A DNA stretch of 64,000 bases. It comes from Gilvibacter sp. GTDB lineage: Bacteria > Bacteroidota > Bacteroidia > Flavobacteriales > Flavobacteriaceae. Of the stretch, positions 41,955 through 50,800 are shown piece after piece (within the stretch, counting starts at the first letter, position 1; every line of letters begins with the position of its first letter). The stretch covers positions 3,287 to 67,286 of the forward strand of contig NZ_JABSPU010000001.1 of NCBI RefSeq assembly GCF_013214815.1. The letters are read 5' to 3'. A model generated the notes under the pieces. The model had not been told where the DNA came from. It saw only the letters and a program-made list of their open reading frames with translations, and ran no database searches. The position numbers were made by a program, and so were the translations under genes.

Positions 41955-43208
41955 ATGGCCAAGAAGATTACTATTCAGATTCCCGAGCCTTGTCACGAAG
42001 ACTGGAACCAAATGTCTCCTAATGGACTGGGCAGGCATTGCGGCAGCTGTGCCAAGACTGTCGTCGACTTCACGGCACGCACCGATAAATTCATCGCCTC
42101 ATATTTTAAAGAGCACGACAACATCTGCGGACGATTTAGACCGGATCAGCTCAACAGACCTATTGATCTCTCTGTACGCAGAAACTCCATTCTGCCTCCG
42201 CTAGCAGCATCTTTCATCTTGCCTTTGGCCATGCTCGCGGCAGGATCGGCTTACAGTCAGCAGCAAAACTCAAATCAGAACAATTCCAGCTACGTATCGC
42301 TAAACATCGGCAGTCAAAAACAGCAGGCCTATAAAGACATTAAAGGCGTGGTTACCGATACCGCGGGAAATCCCATGCCCGGAGTGAGGGTCACCATTTT
42401 AGAAACCAACGATCAGATCCAAACAGATAATAAAGGAACTTACCGCCTAAAGGCTCAAGTTGGACATACTTTGCGTTTTAGTTCTTACCTCTACCTCACA
42501 GAAGAAATTCAAGTCCACGAGCATCAAGACATCTATAGTTTTGCACTCCAATACAGCCCTGAGCATTTACCCGAAGTAGTTGTTGTTGCACAAGCTTATA
42601 AACGTGAAATACGAGCAATTAATGGGTTCACCGTTGTTTCTACCAAAACAGAAACCACAACAACGGTAGCAGAAGTATTGGAAAACAAAGCGGCTGTATG
42701 TGGATTAAATGAAACCACCACTGAGGTTGATCTTGTAGCACCCATCGCCAAAGACAGTTTGCTTTCTGCAAAGATCATCAAAGTAGAAAGCATTCTAATG
42801 GATGCGGAAGGTACCGTGATTCCCTTTGCTAAAATTGCTATTGCCGGTACGCAGGCAGCAGTTTATACGGATGCAGACGGTCACTTTAGAACCGACCTCC
42901 GCCCTACTGATGAACTCATCTTTGAGGTAGAAAACTTTGCACCAAGAACTCTTAAGGCTGCAGAAGTCCAAGCCGAAGTTGCACTTGAACGCAAATGGCG
43001 AAAATCAGTGATGGGGGTCGTTGCCAAATTTGTGACAATCGAATATGATGGTGTCATTCCTTGGTATCGTATCGGGTACAATCATTCAGAGAACTTTAAT
43101 GGGAACCCAAAGTTGCAGGCAGAAAAAGCGCGCAACGCCAATACGGTGGCCTTTGAAAGGATTCAAAGGGAAAAGAAAAAGCAAGCGCGAAAAAACAATC
43201 AGCAATAA
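41955..43208 (+). CDS. Four-Cys N-terminal domain + internal signal + carboxypeptidase-regulatory-like domains (paralog A)
   Basis: PCHEDW, HCGSC, ICGRF; hydrophobic 79-101; KGVVTDTAGNPMPGVRV...TDNKGTY. Confidence 0.75.
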   Translation: MAKKITIQIPEPCHEDWNQMSPNGLGRHCGSCAKTVVDFTARTDKFIASYFKEHDNICGRFRPDQLNRPIDLSVRRNSILPPLAASFILPLAMLAAGSAYSQQQNSNQNNSSYVSLNIGSQKQQAYKDIKGVVTDTAGNPMPGVRVTILETNDQIQTDNKGTYRLKAQVGHTLRFSSYLYLTEEIQVHEHQDIYSFALQYSPEHLPEVVVVAQAYKREIRAINGFTVVSTKTETTTTVAEVLENKAAVCGLNETTTEVDLVAPIAKDSLLSAKIIKVESILMDAEGTVIPFAKIAIAGTQAAVYTDADGHFRTDLRPTDELIFEVENFAPRTLKAAEVQAEVALERKWRKSVMGVVAKFVTIEYDGVIPWYRIGYNHSENFNGNPKLQAEKARNANTVAFERIQREKKKQARKNNQQ

Positions 43209-43219
43209 AACAAAGCATC

Positions 43220-44380
43220 ATGGGAAAAAAGATCAGCATTCAAATTCCGGAACCCTGTCATGAAGATTGGAATCAAATGAGCCCACAAGAGCGTGGACGC
43301 CATTGTCAAGTCTGTGAAAAGACCGTTATGGATTTCACCAATAAGACCGACGCCTTCATTGTTAAAGCACTAAAAAGTGATTCCAATCTCTGTGGTCGTT
43401 TTAGGAACGATCAACTCAATCGGCCTATGGAATTCAACACCGGAGGCTATTCACTCATTCCGCCCTTGGCAGCCGGTTTTATTTTGCCCTTAGCGATCTT
43501 GGCCAGCACCTCTGCCTATTCCCAGGGTGAGCCATTGCCTATAAGCACTAAATCCTATGTTTCCTTAAACATCGGAAGTCAACAACAAGACTATAAAGAC
43601 ATCAAAGGAGTGGTTAAAGACACTGCCGGGAATCCTTTACCGGGTGTACGCGTGACCATCGTTGAGACCAACGATCAAATTCAAACGGACAGCAACGGAA
43701 CTTACCGCCTGCGCGCACGTGTAGGACATACTTTGAGGTTTACGTACTACCTACACCTCACAGAAGAAATTCAAGTACACCCAGACCAGGACCTTTATAA
43801 TTTCACGCTGGTTTACAATCCACAGCATATGCCCGAAGTTGTGGTTTGTGCTACAGGAATTAAGCGCGAGTCAATGATCCTGGGAAGAATCGCTCCGGAG
43901 CCTGTTGTTGAAAAACCAGTAGATAGCACTGCTGTGATTACGTTTAAAGGCACTGTTTTAGACGATACAGGCCTGCCATTACCCGGTGTCAATATCCTAG
44001 TAAAAGGAACAGATAAAGGCATACAATCAGACTTTGACGGAAACTTTGAGATCGAAGCTATAGAAGGACAGAAGCTCGTGCTGAGCTATGTGGGCTTTGT
44101 GACTCAAGAAGTGACTGTAATGGAGCAGAAAAAGACCATTGAAATGCAATTGGATACCGAAATCGAAGAACTCTACCAATACATCACTGTTGGGATCCCC
44201 ATATGGCATGAACCCAGCAGACCCGTAGATTTTAGATCGTCTTACAATCCATCAACCAATTTCAACGGAAATCCTCAGCTCCAAAGAGACCGCGCTCGAT
44301 ATGAGAACACGGTAGCCTTTCAGCGTTTACAGCAAGAGCAAAGAAGGGCGCAACGCAAAGCGCGGAAAAAACGCAAATAA
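43220..44380 (+). CDS. Four-Cys N-terminal domain + internal signal + two carboxypeptidase-regulatory-like domains (paralog B)
   Basis: Same Cys positions; KGTVLDDTGLPLPGVNILVKGT...SDFDGNF...SYVGF domain. Confidence 0.78.
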   Translation: MGKKISIQIPEPCHEDWNQMSPQERGRHCQVCEKTVMDFTNKTDAFIVKALKSDSNLCGRFRNDQLNRPMEFNTGGYSLIPPLAAGFILPLAILASTSAYSQGEPLPISTKSYVSLNIGSQQQDYKDIKGVVKDTAGNPLPGVRVTIVETNDQIQTDSNGTYRLRARVGHTLRFTYYLHLTEEIQVHPDQDLYNFTLVYNPQHMPEVVVCATGIKRESMILGRIAPEPVVEKPVDSTAVITFKGTVLDDTGLPLPGVNILVKGTDKGIQSDFDGNFEIEAIEGQKLVLSYVGFVTQEVTVMEQKKTIEMQLDTEIEELYQYITVGIPIWHEPSRPVDFRSSYNPSTNFNGNPQLQRDRARYENTVAFQRLQQEQRRAQRKARKKRK

Positions 44381-44440
44381 GGAGCTCAGCACAATAAGAT
44401 GCTATGCAAAAAGTTATATTTTTACACAAAATAGATCTTT

Positions 44441-45994
44441 ATGCGAAGCTTACTTGCCCTGACTATCTTGGGCTTTGTTGTTCTCCTTTCCAGTTGTCGT
44501 AACGATTTTGAAACCGTACCCAATACGGGCCAATTGGAATTTTCTAGAGACACCGTTTTTTTGGACACGGTCTTCACCAATATTGGTTCCAGCACTTATA
44601 ATCTTAAGGTATACAACCGAGGAGATGAAGACATCAACATCCCAACGGTGCGTTTGGGACAAGGAGAGAGTTCGCTTTATCGTTTAAATGTAGACGGAAT
44701 TCCAGGCAAGACTTTTGAAGATATAGTGATCAGAGCCAAAGACAGCATCTTTGTCTTTGTTGAGACCACTATTGATATCGCCGAATTCTCAGCTACGGCA
44801 ACGCAATTTTTATATACAGATCAGATTGAATTTGACAGCGGAGGCAATCAGCAAGATGTGGAACTGGTCACTTTGGTTCAAGACGCGGTTTTCCTTTTCC
44901 CTGAGCGCGATGCGGATGGCGTAGTTGAAACGCTGAATCTAGGCACGGATGCTGATGGAGAACCGATTTTGATTGAAGGATTTATTTTGGAGGACGAGGA
45001 GCTGACCTTCACCAATGAAAAACCCTATGTGATCTACGGCTATGCGGCCGTTAATGCAGGGGATGTTTTGACGGTCAATCCGGGAGCTCGTGTACACTTT
45101 CACGCCAACAGTGGAATCCTTGTGGCCAATACAGCGTCCATGATCGTAAACGGAGCTCCGAGTTCGGATCCCGTGGCCCTTGAAAATGAGGTCATTTTTG
45201 AAGGTGATCGTTTGGAACCTAGTTTTTCTGACGTTCCAGGACAATGGGGTGCCATTTGGCTCACCCAAGGAAGTACCGGTCATACCTTTACCAATACAAC
45301 TATAAAGAATGCCACTGTAGGGATTTTGATGGACAGCAACGACGGCTCCTCCTCGCCTACTTTGAATTTGAATAATGTACAGATCTACAACAGTTCTAAT
45401 GTGGGGCTTTTGGCGCGCACAGGCTTTGTAGACGGACAGAACGTAGTGATCAACAATGCAGGGCAATCGGCCTTGGCTTTGACCTTTGGTGGGCGATACA
45501 ACTTCCGTCACTGCACTTTTGTCAACTACTGGAATGACAGCTTTAGAAGCTTCCCAGCAGTACAACTGGACAATATCTTCGTTGTGAGTGAAACCGAGAT
45601 CCAAACCACGGATCTGATTGAGGCGAATTTCAACAATTGCATCATTTACGGAAACGAGAACATTGAACTCGGCTTGTTAGGGAGTGATGAAGCTGCCTTT
45701 AACTTCAGCTTTACCAATACCCTATTGCGCTTCAACGATACCCAAGGGGTGTTTGATGAAAACCCGCTTTATGACTTCAGCAATACGGCGCGCTACAACA
45801 ACCTTGTAGTGAATGAAGATCCTTTATTCAAGGCGCCTTTTGAAAATGAGCTCAATATTCCGGATGAATCTGGAGCCAATGGCCTAGATACCTCAGGAAC
45901 GCCTATCGTACCTTTTGACATTCTGAATGTAGCCCGTACGGCTCCATTTGATGCTGGAGCTTATGCATGCGCGGTAATTCCCGATGACGATTAA
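44441..45994 (+). CDS. Conserved hypothetical lipoprotein with beta-helix-like repeats
   Basis: Lipobox SSC; DTVFLDTVF, GQWGAIWL, Asn-rich parallel beta-helix-like C-half. Confidence 0.7.
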   Translation: MRSLLALTILGFVVLLSSCRNDFETVPNTGQLEFSRDTVFLDTVFTNIGSSTYNLKVYNRGDEDINIPTVRLGQGESSLYRLNVDGIPGKTFEDIVIRAKDSIFVFVETTIDIAEFSATATQFLYTDQIEFDSGGNQQDVELVTLVQDAVFLFPERDADGVVETLNLGTDADGEPILIEGFILEDEELTFTNEKPYVIYGYAAVNAGDVLTVNPGARVHFHANSGILVANTASMIVNGAPSSDPVALENEVIFEGDRLEPSFSDVPGQWGAIWLTQGSTGHTFTNTTIKNATVGILMDSNDGSSSPTLNLNNVQIYNSSNVGLLARTGFVDGQNVVINNAGQSALALTFGGRYNFRHCTFVNYWNDSFRSFPAVQLDNIFVVSETEIQTTDLIEANFNNCIIYGNENIELGLLGSDEAAFNFSFTNTLLRFNDTQGVFDENPLYDFSNTARYNNLVVNEDPLFKAPFENELNIPDESGANGLDTSGTPIVPFDILNVARTAPFDAGAYACAVIPDDD

Positions 45995-46013
45995 GGCTTA
46001 GCGAACCGAGTGC

Positions 46014-47288
46014 CTAGGCATCAAATAATGGGCGTCCGGCCATCATTTCATTTACAGCCTTTGCAACAGCTTCAAGTTCGGCGGTATCTTCTGGAGCTTG
46101 AATTACGCGATCAATCAACGTCACGATAGCTGCCATATCCCCTTCTTTTAATCCACGGGTAGTGATTGCCGGAGTTCCAATACGGATTCCAGAAGTTACA
46201 AAAGGAGACTGCGTATCAAATGGAACCATGTTCTTGTTTACAGTGATCTCTGCTTGTCCAAGAGCCTCTTCTGCAAGCTTTCCGGTTATTCCTTTGTTGC
46301 GCAGATCAATAAGCATCATGTGATTATCTGTTCCTCCAGAGATCACTTCATAGCCTCGGTCTACAAAAGCTTGCGCCATAACACTGGCATTCTTTTTAAC
46401 CTGAACCATATAGTGTAAGAAATCATCAGACAGCGCTTCTCCAAAAGCAATCGCTTTAGCGGCGATCACGTGCTCTAAAGGACCTCCTTGGTTACCAGGG
46501 AAGATTCCGCTGTCCAACAAGGAAGACATTTTTCTCAAGTTTCCGTTCTTAAGAGTGATCCCAAAAGGATTTTCAAAGTCTTTCCCCATCATGATGAGTC
46601 CCCCACGCGGTCCTCTAAGGGTTTTATGGGTAGTGGTAGTGATCACGTGGCAATGCGGAACCGGATCCGCAATAAGGCCTTTAGCGATCAAACCTGCTGG
46701 ATGGGCAATGTCTGCCATTAAAAGCGCACCGACCTCATCAGCAATTTCTCTAAAGCGCGCATAATCGATCTCACGAGAATAGGCGCTGGCACCTGCAATG
46801 ATCATTTTAGGTTTCTCACGTTTGGCGATCTCCAAAATGGTATCGTAATTCAAAAGTCCAGTCTCTTTATCCACTCCGTAGAATACAGGGCGGTAAAGCT
46901 TACCAGAAAAATTCACCGGAGAACCGTGGGTCAAATGCCCTCCATGCGCCAGATCAAAGCCCATAAAGGTATCTCCCGGTTTTAAGCAAGCCGCAAAAAC
47001 AGCCGTGTTTGCTTGTGATCCTGAGTGCGGCTGAACATTGGCGTATTCCGCACCAAAGAGTTCCTTGGCGCGTTCAATGGCTAAGCGTTCTACTTTATCC
47101 ACTACTTCACAACCTCCGTAATAACGCTTTCCGGGATAACCTTCTGCGTATTTATTGGTGAGTACAGAGCCGGTAGCCTCCATCACTTGAGGGCTTGCAA
47201 AGTTCTCAGAAGCAATGAGTTCCAATCCGTTTAATTGACGTTGTTCTTCTTCTTGAATCAGTGAAAAAATCTCGGTATCGCGTTGCAT
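46014..47288 (-). CDS. glyA: Serine hydroxymethyltransferase
   Basis: [40 protein letters not shown]. Confidence 0.97.
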   Translation of the reverse strand: MQRDTEIFSLIQEEEQRQLNGLELIASENFASPQVMEATGSVLTNKYAEGYPGKRYYGGCEVVDKVERLAIERAKELFGAEYANVQPHSGSQANTAVFAACLKPGDTFMGFDLAHGGHLTHGSPVNFSGKLYRPVFYGVDKETGLLNYDTILEIAKREKPKMIIAGASAYSREIDYARFREIADEVGALLMADIAHPAGLIAKGLIADPVPHCHVITTTTHKTLRGPRGGLIMMGKDFENPFGITLKNGNLRKMSSLLDSGIFPGNQGGPLEHVIAAKAIAFGEALSDDFLHYMVQVKKNASVMAQAFVDRGYEVISGGTDNHMMLIDLRNKGITGKLAEEALGQAEITVNKNMVPFDTQSPFVTSGIRIGTPAITTRGLKEGDMAAIVTLIDRVIQAPEDTAELEAVAKAVNEMMAGRPLFDA

Positions 47289-47313
47289 TTGATCAGCTTA
47301 AAAATTACGAAAT

Positions 47314-47361
47314 CAAAAATACAACTTAGATGCTTTTGCACCATCTAAAATCATATCTTTG
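47314..47361. promoter_or_regulatory. Back-to-back glyA/fahA -7 elements flanking a 7-bp inverted repeat
   Basis: TATTTTTG (minus, 47321-47314), TTAGATG-N9-CATCTAA (47326-47348), TATCTTTG (47354-47361). Confidence 0.5.
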
Positions 47362-47398
47362 ATTAGACGATTTACCAACACTTTATTAAGAATCAACC

Positions 47399-48673
47399 AT
47401 GCCTTTATCAGCAAATAACCCGGAACTTACAACTTGGCTCGATCATGCACCGCAAACGGATTTTCCGATCCAAAACATTCCTTTTGGAGTTTTCTTAACG
47501 CGTGACGATATCATTACCATTGGAACGCGCATTGGTGACTACGCCATTGATCTTGGTGCCATGCATCAGTTGGGCTATTTTGATGGGATCGATCTGACGG
47601 ACGATATCTTTCTTCAAGACAGTTTGAACGATTTTATCTCTGACGGTAGAAAGACTTGGCGATTGGTTCGCAATCGTATTTCTGAAGTGTTTGAATCTAG
47701 CAATCCTAAACTTCGTGACAATGCAGAGCATCGTGATGTGATCATTTTCACCATGGATGAGATCGAGATGCAATTACCCGTAAGCATAGGTGACTACACC
47801 GATTTTTATAGCAGCAAGGAACACGCCACCAATGTGGGAAGTATGTTCCGAGATCCGGACAAGGCGCTTTTACCGAACTGGATGCACATCCCTGTGGGTT
47901 ACCACGGACGCAGCTCTTCCATTATTCCGAGCGGCATCAATATTAGACGACCAAATGGCCAGACGATGCCTCCGGGAGCTGAAACGCCTGTTTTTGGTCC
48001 TTCAAAACGTGTGGATTTTGAGTTGGAAATGGCCTTTATCACTACGGATGCTAATCATTTGGGAGAACCAATCGCGGTGGATGAAGCTGAGGATTATATC
48101 TTCGGATTGGTGTTGTTCAACGACTGGAGTGCACGCGATATTCAAAAGTGGGAATATGTGCCTCTAGGGCCGTTCTTAGCCAAGAATTTTGCCTCTAGTA
48201 TTTCTCCGTGGATCGTCACCTTAGATGCCTTGCAACCCTTTAAAGTGGAAGGCCCAAAACCAGAGAAACCGCAATTGCCGTATTTACAATATACCGGCCC
48301 AAAAAGCTACGACATTAACTTAGAGGTTTACCTGCAGCCTGAAGGTGGCGATGAACACAAGGTGTCTACATCCAACTTCAAATATATGTATTGGAACATG
48401 GCACAGCAATTGGCTCACCATACAGTGAACGGTTGTAATGTAGTCAGTGGTGATATGATGGGCAGTGGAACCATCTCTGGCCCTACCCCAGATTCTTACG
48501 GCTCTATGTTAGAACTTTCTTGGGGTGGTAAAAACCCGCTAGAAATGCCAGACGGCAGTACTCGATCTTTCATTGAAGATCAGGATACTGTGATCCTAAA
48601 AGGATATTGCCAGAATAGTGAGGTACGTATTGGCTTTGGCGAATGCCGTACTAAGTTACTTCCGGCTTTATAA
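47399..48673 (+). CDS. fahA: Fumarylacetoacetase
   Basis: FPIQNIPFG, GDYTDFYSS..HATNVG, YHGRSSS, DFELEM, NDWSARDIQ.WEYVPLGPF. Confidence 0.95.
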   Translation: MPLSANNPELTTWLDHAPQTDFPIQNIPFGVFLTRDDIITIGTRIGDYAIDLGAMHQLGYFDGIDLTDDIFLQDSLNDFISDGRKTWRLVRNRISEVFESSNPKLRDNAEHRDVIIFTMDEIEMQLPVSIGDYTDFYSSKEHATNVGSMFRDPDKALLPNWMHIPVGYHGRSSSIIPSGINIRRPNGQTMPPGAETPVFGPSKRVDFELEMAFITTDANHLGEPIAVDEAEDYIFGLVLFNDWSARDIQKWEYVPLGPFLAKNFASSISPWIVTLDALQPFKVEGPKPEKPQLPYLQYTGPKSYDINLEVYLQPEGGDEHKVSTSNFKYMYWNMAQQLAHHTVNGCNVVSGDMMGSGTISGPTPDSYGSMLELSWGGKNPLEMPDGSTRSFIEDQDTVILKGYCQNSEVRIGFGECRTKLLPAL

Positions 48674-48677
48674 AAAC

Positions 48678-50192
48678 TTACTGCTTCATGGCCTTCAGTC
48701 TATTTTTTGCATTGACATTCTCTGGATACAACACCAAAGAACGCTCAAAGGCGCGAGTAGCCTCGGGATATTGATTCGATAAGAAATAGGCTTCTCCAAG
48801 ACTGTCAAAGAGATTAGCAGATTCTGGGTACAACTCGGTAGCAAACTTGAGTACTGCGATTCCCGATTGCTGGAATTCTGGATTAAAGAATAAATGTAGG
48901 CCTAAATTGTTTAAATCTCCTTGGTGAAATTTTTGATCGAGATTTAAGCTTGTGTATAAATTCAAAAGATCCGAGTAATTCTGCTTAGCCGCAAGTTCAT
49001 TGAATTGCGCTAAGCTCATACTGTGAGTCTGATTGACTTTTGTTTGATAGCTAAACCGCTCTAAGCTGACGGAGCTACTTTTTAGAATCTCATCAAACTT
49101 TGAAGTTGTGGCATCTTCCTTCTTTACATGAGCATCCAAAAAAAGACGACTGTACTCGCAAAGAATATTATAAGACTCCATAATAAGCTGATCTGATTTG
49201 TCTTGTCGCTGATCGCGATTAGCAAACAAGACGCCAAAGCTGCTAAAATTACCATGTGTCAAATCCAGCATCTTCAATTGATATGCCGGAGCCTTATCCA
49301 AACGATCATAGAATTCAAAATCTGTGTTCAAGGCAGGATCAATTCCATCTTGCTCCAGAACCACTGCAGGTATATCCTTTTGAGAAAAATGAATGAAAGG
49401 AATAGCGAATTCATCCTGACGATAAAAAGGAGATGATGCTAATGTTTTAAACTGATATTTTACACTTCCGTCTAGACTAACATTTGCCTTGATCTGCTTG
49501 TTTCTTATACTTGCCAGCACATTAGAAATCCCCCCAAAACTGAAACCCATAGTTGCAATTCTACTGGTATCGACATAATTGAAATCATCCAAAGCGTCAA
49601 CGATAAACTCAATATCACGAGCCTGAGTTTCCAAATCAAGGAGCGTGCCTCCCGTGAAACTGCGGTTGTAAGCACCACGGCTTGGACTAGCGATAACCAC
49701 ATAACCATGACTGGCTAAATACTCACAAAGGGTAAAATTCTCGGTTGAGGCCGCACCATAACTAGGCGCATACACTATTACTGGGTACTTTCCTTCTAGC
49801 TCAGCTTGATCCTTAACAGCCTTGACTTCTTCCCAAAGATGGGCTTTGTTCTGTGCATTAGGCGCATAATAGAACCAATTCAAGATCAGAGAATCTGGTA
49901 AGTGCTCCCATTCTTCTTCCAACTTGAGAACACGCATATAATCCATTACCTTCATAGGAGTTGAAACGGCAGTTGACTTCGCTGGATACCAAATACTTAA
50001 AGGAATAGGACGTGCTATAGTTGCCGTTGTCCAATTTCCTTTTACACTGTAGCTGCGGCTGTTGTCTACTAGTTGTGTATAGCGATAGCCTACTTCATAG
50101 GTACCATAATCAAGATTTAAGTCAGCTACAGAGGTTTGCCCTTTGGCGCTAATTGAAATGAAAAATAGGAAGGCTAGAAAATAATTGCTCAT
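48678..50192 (-). CDS. Exported alpha/beta hydrolase (dienelactone/PAF-AH-like) with C-terminal TPR
   Basis: Signal peptide, GFSFGG nucleophile elbow, SLDG, THGNF, NLFDSLGEAY TPR. Confidence 0.75.
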   Translation of the reverse strand: MSNYFLAFLFFISISAKGQTSVADLNLDYGTYEVGYRYTQLVDNSRSYSVKGNWTTATIARPIPLSIWYPAKSTAVSTPMKVMDYMRVLKLEEEWEHLPDSLILNWFYYAPNAQNKAHLWEEVKAVKDQAELEGKYPVIVYAPSYGAASTENFTLCEYLASHGYVVIASPSRGAYNRSFTGGTLLDLETQARDIEFIVDALDDFNYVDTSRIATMGFSFGGISNVLASIRNKQIKANVSLDGSVKYQFKTLASSPFYRQDEFAIPFIHFSQKDIPAVVLEQDGIDPALNTDFEFYDRLDKAPAYQLKMLDLTHGNFSSFGVLFANRDQRQDKSDQLIMESYNILCEYSRLFLDAHVKKEDATTSKFDEILKSSSVSLERFSYQTKVNQTHSMSLAQFNELAAKQNYSDLLNLYTSLNLDQKFHQGDLNNLGLHLFFNPEFQQSGIAVLKFATELYPESANLFDSLGEAYFLSNQYPEATRAFERSLVLYPENVNAKNRLKAMKQ

Positions 50193-50211
50193 AAGGATAG
50201 TGTTACCCTAC

Positions 50212-50238
50212 AGAGCTTACTACTAAAAAAATGTTACA
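50212..50238 (-). promoter_or_regulatory. Candidate ECF-sigma promoter
   Basis: Minus strand TGTAAC-N16-GCTCT, 19 nt before ATG at 50192. Confidence 0.4.
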
Positions 50239-50245
50239 GTGAACC

Positions 50246-50638
50246 TTAAATAAATCGCTCTAAACTAGCAGCTTGGATCTCATAATGGGAAGCAGCGTGT
50301 ACCGTTGATCCGTTTTTGATCACAATGAGCTGCGGGCTTTGGTGAAGCACTTGAAATCGAATCGCGATCTCATTTGACAAGTCGCGGTAAGACAATAGGT
50401 CTAAATAATAAGGTTGGATTTGAGCAGCCTCGTATTTATAGGAACCTGTGAACTGGCGCATAGTCATACTGCTAATTCCGCAGCGTGTGGAATGCTTGAA
50501 GATCAATACGGGTTTGGTTTTGGAAAGTTCAACCAACTCATCCAGTTGTTTGATATCGGTTAGTGGAATCCAAGGAATCTCAAATTGAGGTTCTTTTGGG
50601 GTCGATTCACTATTGAAGATTTTTTTAAACAGATTCAT
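50246..50638 (-). CDS. ytxJ: Bacillithiol system redox-active protein YtxJ
   Basis: IFKHSTRCGIS, YYLDLL, HQSPQLI, ASH. Confidence 0.88.
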   Translation of the reverse strand: MNLFKKIFNSESTPKEPQFEIPWIPLTDIKQLDELVELSKTKPVLIFKHSTRCGISSMTMRQFTGSYKYEAAQIQPYYLDLLSYRDLSNEIAIRFQVLHQSPQLIVIKNGSTVHAASHYEIQAASLERFI

Positions 50639-50800
50639 AGCACAAAAATAAAGGTTCTAGATCAGCATTCCATAGCGGTTATAAGACTGATCTTGCCATT
50701 CTGTCGTACTAAAACGCAGGACTTTACGTCAATTTGACGGTTTTTCACTCTGGTCTGAGTTTTGATTCTGTAGTTGCGAATCCAAATCAAAGGAAAGACA

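Noticed and set aside
44939-45604. 221-aa antisense ORF
   Set aside because: Lies wholly opposite a well-formed lipoprotein gene and has no recognisable motif; shadow ORF.
48678-50192. Possible horizontally acquired AT-richer gene
   Set aside because: Compositional shift is slight by eye, with no flanking repeats, integrase or tRNA; needs a computed profile.
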